This document shows positions 59,188 to 64,000 of a stretch of DNA of 64,000 bases, piece after piece (position 1 is the first letter of the stretch; the number at the start of each line of letters is the position of its first letter). The stretch lies in the NCBI GenBank assembly GCA_015232565.1, contig JADFZK010000003.1, positions 64,540-128,539 of the forward strand, read 5' to 3'. Source of the stretch: Candidatus Omnitrophota bacterium. Its GTDB lineage: Bacteria > Omnitrophota > Gorgyraeia > Zapsychrales > Fredricksoniimonadaceae. Under the pieces are notes generated by a model. The model worked only from the letters and a program-made list of their open reading frames with translations. It had not been told where the DNA came from and did no database searches. Made by a program: the position numbers and the translations under genes.

Positions 59188-59210
59188 TTAATGTCCACAC
59201 TGGACATTAA
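59188..59210. promoter_or_regulatory. Perfect 10-3-10 palindrome TTAATGTCCA-CAC-TGGACATTAA in the AT-rich region upstream of the 751-aa gene
   Basis: The palindrome was checked base by base. It has the same TGTCCA-N3-TGGACA core as the two sites at 47355 and 47559. Confidence 0.6.
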
Positions 59211-59279
59211 AATAATAACATAAAATCACGTCTCGCGCCATAAATGTATAAAAAATAAATATGATTATTTGCACGCATC

Positions 59280-59307
59280 GTAGGGGCACGGCATGCCGTG
59301 CCCCTAC
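59280..59307. repeat. 28-bp perfect palindrome GTAGGGGCACGGCA|TGCCGTGCCCCTAC (14-bp arms)
   Basis: The palindrome was checked base by base. It lies between the abiEii-like stop (59509) and the 751-aa gene start (59145). Confidence 0.8.
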
Positions 59308-59508
59308 ATCGAGTGATCAAAATAACGGTTCAGGAATAATTAATGCATGCAGGGGCAAACGGCGGCCGACATCCCCAGTGAACTTGCTGGCTAGGCATCC
59401 TCGCCCTTCGAACTCGTCTGCTAGGGTGCGCTGTTCGACATGCTGGTAGGTTACCGCTTTTAAACCTGTTTCGGGCTATTCTGCCAGCAAGGAAACAAAA
59501 TTTGGCCA

Positions 59509-60264
59509 TCATTTGCCGACCAAATTGCGCTCAATCTCTCTAACCAAGGCATCCGGGAAACCCTTGATGATCAAATGCTGGTTAACCGGCAGAAACTGCT
59601 TCAGCTCATGCCTGAAATCGCGCCCTTCTTTCTTAACAGCGTTTATTAATTCCGCCTTCAAAGCCTTGTTTTTGGTAAAAACCGCCTGAAATGCCATCCG
59701 CCCGCGTAAAATAAAATATAGATCGTAGAAATCCCGCGCCTTGCCTCGTGTCAAACATGCCCGGATCTTCTCCCCCACCAGAATCTCCTCATCTAAATGA
59801 ATCAACGCAAAGGCAGGAACAAAATCAGACTGGATCAATGTGGCCGCGGCCAAGGCCGCGCCTCGAATCTTATTCTCTTTGCGTAAAGACACCTCTATCT
59901 GGATACGGCTGCTATATGCTCCGGTCCGGAAATCAAAGATCGCAAGATATCCACCAGTTGTTGCCTTTGACTCATCAATCCTGGTCTCGATCCCTGACTG
60001 CTCGATCTTCCCGAGCGTGTCTTCCATAGTGGCCTCAATGCCGCGAAGGCCCAAATTAACCCCAGTAAAATCCAGATCCTCCGAAAAACGGGGGCTCTGC
60101 CAGACTATACGCAGCGCGGTTCCCCCTTTAAAAAGGAATCCCTCCGACCCTTTTGCCTGATAAAGCTGAGCAAGGAATAGATGCTGGAAATATTCGCGAA
60201 TAACATTGTCGGCTGTCGTTTGATATCGCTCGGCAAGTTGCTGGATCAGTCTTTTTTCTATCAT
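59509..60264 (-). CDS. abiEii: AbiEii/AbiGii-family nucleotidyltransferase toxin (DUF1814-like), type IV TA toxin
   Basis: …FLFKGGTALRIVWQSPRFSEDLDFTG… is the family motif (GGTAL … RFSEDLDF). The length is 251 aa. The gene sits directly downstream of an AbiEi-like gene. Confidence 0.65.
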   Translation of the reverse strand: MIEKRLIQQLAERYQTTADNVIREYFQHLFLAQLYQAKGSEGFLFKGGTALRIVWQSPRFSEDLDFTGVNLGLRGIEATMEDTLGKIEQSGIETRIDESKATTGGYLAIFDFRTGAYSSRIQIEVSLRKENKIRGAALAAATLIQSDFVPAFALIHLDEEILVGEKIRACLTRGKARDFYDLYFILRGRMAFQAVFTKNKALKAELINAVKKEGRDFRHELKQFLPVNQHLIIKGFPDALVREIERNLVGK

Positions 60265-60272
60265 GAAGCTCC

Positions 60273-60929
60273 TTACATCTGAAGTTTTGCAGACAGAGGA
60301 ACGGAATCCTGCCCGCCCTGGATGGGCTGGCAGCAGGATAAAACCTCTTTAACCAGTTTAAGCAAACTCGGCCGGCCAAACAAAGCCGCATACTCCATAA
60401 CCATCTTTTTATTCAGCTTCCGTGTGTTCAATCGATCATTGTGACTTCTCAGTTTCAAATCCACAAAATAGTAGTAATCCACGAATGCCTTTTCGGGTTC
60501 GGCCATGAGAACCGTCGCCCCATCGATCTTTTCTGCCCTGTAACCGCGGTAAGCCTGTTTCTTGATACGTGCGTACTCAAAACTCTTATTGTTTACAGTG
60601 AATTCCCGGGTAACCCGGGTTGTGGCCGAGGTGATCGTATAAACTGTCTCTGGAATAATGCCCTGCCGGGCCATAGCGTATTCAAAAGAAATATAGCTGG
60701 GCGCATAAACCCGGTTAGCGATCTCCCCATCGGATGGCAACTCAATACGCAAAGCATACAGGCCATTGCGCATCTTCAAAAAAATATCCTGCGAATGGTC
60801 TTTAATAAACTCCTGGGCCGCCCGTAATGAGACAGAGAAAGTCCGCTGGAATTCAACCGGAGAAAACAGCCGGATTCCCTGGTCTTTCAAGACTTGCTGA
60901 ACAACTATAGGTTTAAGTTTTCGCTCCAT
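60273..60929 (-). CDS. abiEi: AbiEi-like antitoxin / transcriptional regulator (wHTH N-terminus plus C-terminal domain)
   Basis: …FLKMRNGLYAL… and …YAPSYISFEYAMARQGIIPE… match the AbiEi pattern. The length is 218 aa, and an 8-nt gap separates it from abiEii. Confidence 0.55.
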   Translation of the reverse strand: MERKLKPIVVQQVLKDQGIRLFSPVEFQRTFSVSLRAAQEFIKDHSQDIFLKMRNGLYALRIELPSDGEIANRVYAPSYISFEYAMARQGIIPETVYTITSATTRVTREFTVNNKSFEYARIKKQAYRGYRAEKIDGATVLMAEPEKAFVDYYYFVDLKLRSHNDRLNTRKLNKKMVMEYAALFGRPSLLKLVKEVLSCCQPIQGGQDSVPLSAKLQM

Positions 60930-60961
60930 ATAGCGCTATAAGTAAAACCGCCTCCAAAGCA

Positions 60962-60989
60962 AGTATACCTGCCAATCATGAGAATTCAA
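60962..60989 (-). promoter_or_regulatory. Putative sigma70 promoter for the abiEi/abiEii pair
   Basis: On the minus strand TTGAAT sits at 60984-60989, a 16-nt spacer follows, and TATACT sits at 60962-60967, about 30 nt upstream of the abiEi ATG. Confidence 0.3.
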
Positions 60990-60999
60990 GATTTTTTAA

Positions 61000-61533
61000 T
61001 CAACGCTTGGTGAGGCGGATCTGGTTTACTACCAGGGATCCGCGTAAAGAGGCGGAGATATCGGAATATTTTTCAGCATTCATGTCATCGATCCCAAAAT
61101 AACAGGGCGCGGCTTGCGCCAGGTAAATAAACTTGATAAAAGCGCTCCACTGGCCTTCCCAAACCACTTCGACCGAATGGACCTTGTAGAAACCCTTGTC
61201 CCGGGATGGGCGCGGCTGGATATTCACAATATGCACACCCGCCGCATTGGCCGCGAATTCCAGGCTGTCCACCATCTGGGAAGTTTCTTCGCCATCGGAA
61301 GCGGCTACCTTAATATGGGAGGCTATGACCTGGTAAACCGAGTCCAGGGCCCCTTCGCGCCCTACCACCGCCTTTACGTTCTGCAAACGCCGGCGCGCAG
61401 ACTCAATACGGGCGTCCAATTCCTCGGCCCGGTCGTGCGCCGGCAGGATAATGCCCCACACCAGCACATACACCCCCAGCAAAACCCCGCAAACCGCCAG
61501 AATAATCTTTTCACGCCCGGAAAGTTTCATCAC
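61000..61533 (-). CDS. PilO/GspM-like bitopic assembly protein (177 aa)
   Basis: An N-terminal TM segment (ILAVCGVLLGVYVLVWGIILP) is followed by a coiled-coil and a periplasmic domain. A 4-nt ATGA overlap joins it to the upstream PilM/N-like gene. Confidence 0.4.
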   Translation of the reverse strand: MMKLSGREKIILAVCGVLLGVYVLVWGIILPAHDRAEELDARIESARRRLQNVKAVVGREGALDSVYQVIASHIKVAASDGEETSQMVDSLEFAANAAGVHIVNIQPRPSRDKGFYKVHSVEVVWEGQWSAFIKFIYLAQAAPCYFGIDDMNAEKYSDISASLRGSLVVNQIRLTKR

Positions 61534-62945
61534 TTGACCACCCCGTCCTTGATCTGCAGTACGATCTTGAAGAAATTAACCTCGCCGCTGGCCTCAATGC
61601 GCTTGTTAACGAACTCCAGGCCCACCTTGCCAAACCAGCCCGAAGCCAGCAAAGCCTTCTGAAAGATATTAATATCCTCGTTGCGGATCGCCACCCCCTG
61701 AAGCACCATGGAATAACCCTGCGACAAAGACAAGGAAACCAGCGACATACCCGGAGGAATAGCCTGGTATATGGCCGCTATTACGTCGGCCACGAACAAA
61801 CGGTCGTTTATCAGCCCCGCCAGCAGGCGGATGCGCCCGGATTTTTCCTCCACTTTAGCGGCCTTGACCTTAAGATCAGCCGACTCATTCTCCAGCGCCT
61901 CCACGTACAAACCGCCCTTGACCCGCTCCACGCTGAAAACAGCTATAAGAGCCAGGAAAGCCAGGCCGCCAGCCAGCGCCAGGCGCCAGGCCATCGACCG
62001 GCGTTGGCGTTCCTGCGCACCCAGCTTTATCTCGTCGGGGATCAGGTCAAAACCCTTCTCGCGCGCCAGCGCCACGCCGATCAGGGCCGCCCGCGGCGCA
62101 TTATCCCGCCCGGGCGCCGGCTTGCCCTTCCACTGTACTTTACCGGCGGGAGCCTCCCAGTGCACCGGCAGGCCGAACGACTGTGTCAGCTCCTGGCAAA
62201 AAGACTCGTCCCTGACTTCGGGGGAAACCACCACAATAGACAACGCCGCCGGCCCGGACTTTTGCCGGGTATAATTCGCTAAAGTCATCTCCAACTGACG
62301 GATAAATCCCTGTATAGACCCGGCGGCCAGCTGGGTAAAACCCCAGTCCAGATAGCGGGAAGTAAAAACCTTGCCGCGGCCGCACACGCAAATTTCACAC
62401 TCGGCGTCCTGCAGATCGATCACGCAACTCGCCGCCTCCGGCGCCGCCACGCTAAAACGGGCACACCATTGCGCCAGGCCCCAGGAACTGAGCGTCATAT
62501 GTTTTAGAGGCACCCCGGCTCCGGCGCACGCCTGGATGACCCGCTGGTACTGCTCGCGCAACACTGCCGCCAGCACCACTCCGGTATATCCGGCCGGATA
62601 CCCGCCGGCATTGCCGTCGAGAGCCATAAAATCCAGCGCGATATCCTCGCGAGCATACGGCACCTGCTGGGCACACTGCAGTTCCACCATCCGGCGCAAT
62701 TCTTCCGGGTCGCGCGACGGCAGCACCAGCTGGCGCATTATTACGCTCTTGCGCGGGAACACCACCCACACCTCGGCCCCGGCCCGCATAAAGCCTTTGG
62801 ACCGCGCCAGCCCGACCAGCCCCGCCCCCGGGTCCGGCGCCGGGCCCGTCAGCTCCTGGACGGCCGAGAACACCACCGCGTCGCCGGACACCTGCAGTAC
62901 GCTTACCCGGGTGTCAGTTATCATGATGACCGTGCGTATCGTCAT
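61530..62945 (-). CDS. PilM-like actin-fold cytoplasmic domain fused to a PilN/GspL-like TM-periplasmic domain (471 aa)
   Basis: An actin-like domain of about 300 aa is followed by the TM segment …WRLALAGGLAFLALIAVFSV… and then about 130 periplasmic residues. It sits in the operon next to the GspK-like and PilO-like genes. Confidence 0.5.
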   Translation of the reverse strand: MTIRTVIMITDTRVSVLQVSGDAVVFSAVQELTGPAPDPGAGLVGLARSKGFMRAGAEVWVVFPRKSVIMRQLVLPSRDPEELRRMVELQCAQQVPYAREDIALDFMALDGNAGGYPAGYTGVVLAAVLREQYQRVIQACAGAGVPLKHMTLSSWGLAQWCARFSVAAPEAASCVIDLQDAECEICVCGRGKVFTSRYLDWGFTQLAAGSIQGFIRQLEMTLANYTRQKSGPAALSIVVVSPEVRDESFCQELTQSFGLPVHWEAPAGKVQWKGKPAPGRDNAPRAALIGVALAREKGFDLIPDEIKLGAQERQRRSMAWRLALAGGLAFLALIAVFSVERVKGGLYVEALENESADLKVKAAKVEEKSGRIRLLAGLINDRLFVADVIAAIYQAIPPGMSLVSLSLSQGYSMVLQGVAIRNEDINIFQKALLASGWFGKVGLEFVNKRIEASGEVNFFKIVLQIKDGVVK

Positions 62946-62949
62946 AAGA

Positions 62950-63948
62950 TCATTCCCTGTGCCATTCTTTTATCAGCGGCCAACTGTCGGAACTTTTCTT
63001 CTCGACCACCGCCTCCACCACGGCCTTCATGCCGGTATTCTCGTCGGTGCCAACCACCCGCACCCGCCATAAAGACTTGCCGATATTCAGGTCCGCGAAC
63101 GGATACTGCCGGGCAAACGCGCTGGCCGCCAACGCCTTGCCGTCGTCAAGAGTAAAAGGCAGGCCGTCCGGCCCGTCCCGCAAAACCGCCAGCTGACGCA
63201 TCAGGTCCCCGGCCGCCGCCCCCGAAGCCGAAGGGCTAAGCTGTGCGTAGAACGCCAGCGCCACATTATTGGATATGGTCGCCGAATTAAAATTCAACTG
63301 CGCCCCGGACTCTTTGGGGAAAACCGTCAGGAATTCCCGTATCCGCCCCAAGGCCTCCACCGTCATACCCTCGCAAACCAAAAGCTCGTCCACACTGTCG
63401 TAGGGCCGTTTTTTTAACTTGGCGTCCCCTGTGCCGGTAGCGCCCGCGTCGGCCCAGTTCACCGCGCAAGCCGCCGCCAGATTGGCCTGCGGGGCCGCCA
63501 GGCCGGCCTGGGTCAACAGCCCGACCAGGATCGCCATATTCCCGGCGTTGATGGCATTCAAATTCACCCGCCGGCCTTCGTCACTAAAACCATAGACCAC
63601 CCGCGCACTGCCATCGGCGGTATACCCGCGGGTCACATAAGCTATATCCGCCCGCGCCCGCGCCCCCACTTTTATATTCTTAAAGAAACTTTCCGGGTCT
63701 TCACCCTCGGTGTCTATCCCGCATAACGCCAGGCCGGCACATTTGGCATCGGAATGCGCCAGCAGGTTCAGGGCATAAGACATACCCGACCGGGCCGCCG
63801 CATACGCTTTTACCCGGCCGACGGCATTAGCCATGTACCACGCCTGCCCGCCGGTGTAACGGCCGATAGCCAGCGCCATCAGCGACAACAATATCATGGT
63901 CCACAGAACCGAAGCCAAAATTATTCCGGACTCGTCGCGGCGCATCAA
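62950..63948 (-). CDS. GspK-like minor pseudopilin (332 aa). The true start may be the ATG at 63943-63945.
   Basis: The N-terminus is a hydrophobic pseudopilin segment (…GIILASVLWTMILLSLMALAIG…). The length is GspK-like, and …DSVDELLVCEGMTVEALGRIREFL… is a helix-hairpin-helix-like stretch. Confidence 0.5.
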   Translation of the reverse strand: MMRRDESGIILASVLWTMILLSLMALAIGRYTGGQAWYMANAVGRVKAYAAARSGMSYALNLLAHSDAKCAGLALCGIDTEGEDPESFFKNIKVGARARADIAYVTRGYTADGSARVVYGFSDEGRRVNLNAINAGNMAILVGLLTQAGLAAPQANLAAACAVNWADAGATGTGDAKLKKRPYDSVDELLVCEGMTVEALGRIREFLTVFPKESGAQLNFNSATISNNVALAFYAQLSPSASGAAAGDLMRQLAVLRDGPDGLPFTLDDGKALAASAFARQYPFADLNIGKSLWRVRVVGTDENTGMKAVVEAVVEKKSSDSWPLIKEWHRE

Positions 63949-63966
63949 GGCCCCGCCATATCATCT

Positions 63967-64000
63967 TTAAGCCGTTCCGCCGCGCTGGCCCGCAACCGGT
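63967..64000 (-). CDS. 3-prime end (last 10 codons and a TAA stop) of a further minus-strand gene running off the right edge
   Basis: There is an in-frame GC3-rich stretch …PVAGQRGGTA* with the TAA at 63967-63969. It is too short to classify. Confidence 0.3.
   Translation of the reverse strand, partial: PVAGQRGGTA

Noticed and set aside
59380-59470. Possible tRNA, because of a GTTCGAA T-loop-like motif on the minus strand
   Set aside because: I could not build acceptor, D or anticodon stems around the motif, and no cloverleaf is consistent.
57095-63072. Plus-strand ORFs in the pilus region, for example 57871..58371, 58610..59134, 61114..61662, 61771..62274 and 62371..63072
   Set aside because: They are antisense to well-supported, translationally coupled minus-strand genes, and their sequences are Arg/Pro-rich shadow-type.

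Overview
The whole 64 kb window is coding-dense and transcribed from the minus strand only.

Positions 3-46913 (minus strand, frame 2) form one uninterrupted reading frame of at least 15,637 codons. It begins with ATG at 46913, which follows an in-frame TGA 48 nt upstream, and it still has no stop at the left edge of the window. The six-frame track reports no minus-strand ORF in that frame anywhere in 1-46913, because track ORFs need an in-window stop. Every plus-strand ORF there is short and reads as an antisense shadow. My own reverse-complement reading gives protein-like sequence with these recognisable segments:
- an N-terminal papain-fold (C39-like) peptidase motif;
- transmembrane clusters;
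- long helical or coiled stretches;
- Pro/Ala-rich low-complexity linkers;
- a GNAT-like segment and an HExxH motif;
- a degenerate M23/LytM-like barrel;
- a clan GH-A (GH5-like) glycoside hydrolase carrying the NEP and SEAG catalytic motifs;
- a C-terminal polytopic membrane module.

Immediately upstream on the same strand (47584-64000) is a tightly packed, translationally coupled gene cluster for a type IV pilus / type II secretion / Tad-like apparatus. It comprises:
- two single-domain GspF/TadB/TadC-like platform genes;
- PilO/GspM-like, PilM-PilN/GspL-like and GspK-like genes;
- eight pilin or pseudopilin genes with GXXXXEY-type class-III leaders, plus one unannotated 50-aa Flp-like sORF;
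- two large TadE/G-like proteins;
- a 751-aa HTH protein with acidic repeats.
No ATPase, secretin or prepilin peptidase lies inside the window.

An AbiEi/AbiEii-like toxin-antitoxin pair is inserted in the cluster. The 670-bp spacer between the cluster and the giant gene holds three tandem 53-bp repeats and two copies of a GC-hairpin-plus-palindrome unit. A TGTCCA-N3-TGGACA palindrome recurs there and upstream of the 751-aa gene. I saw no rRNA, tRNA or CRISPR. All domain calls come from motif reading by eye and need HMM or structure confirmation.
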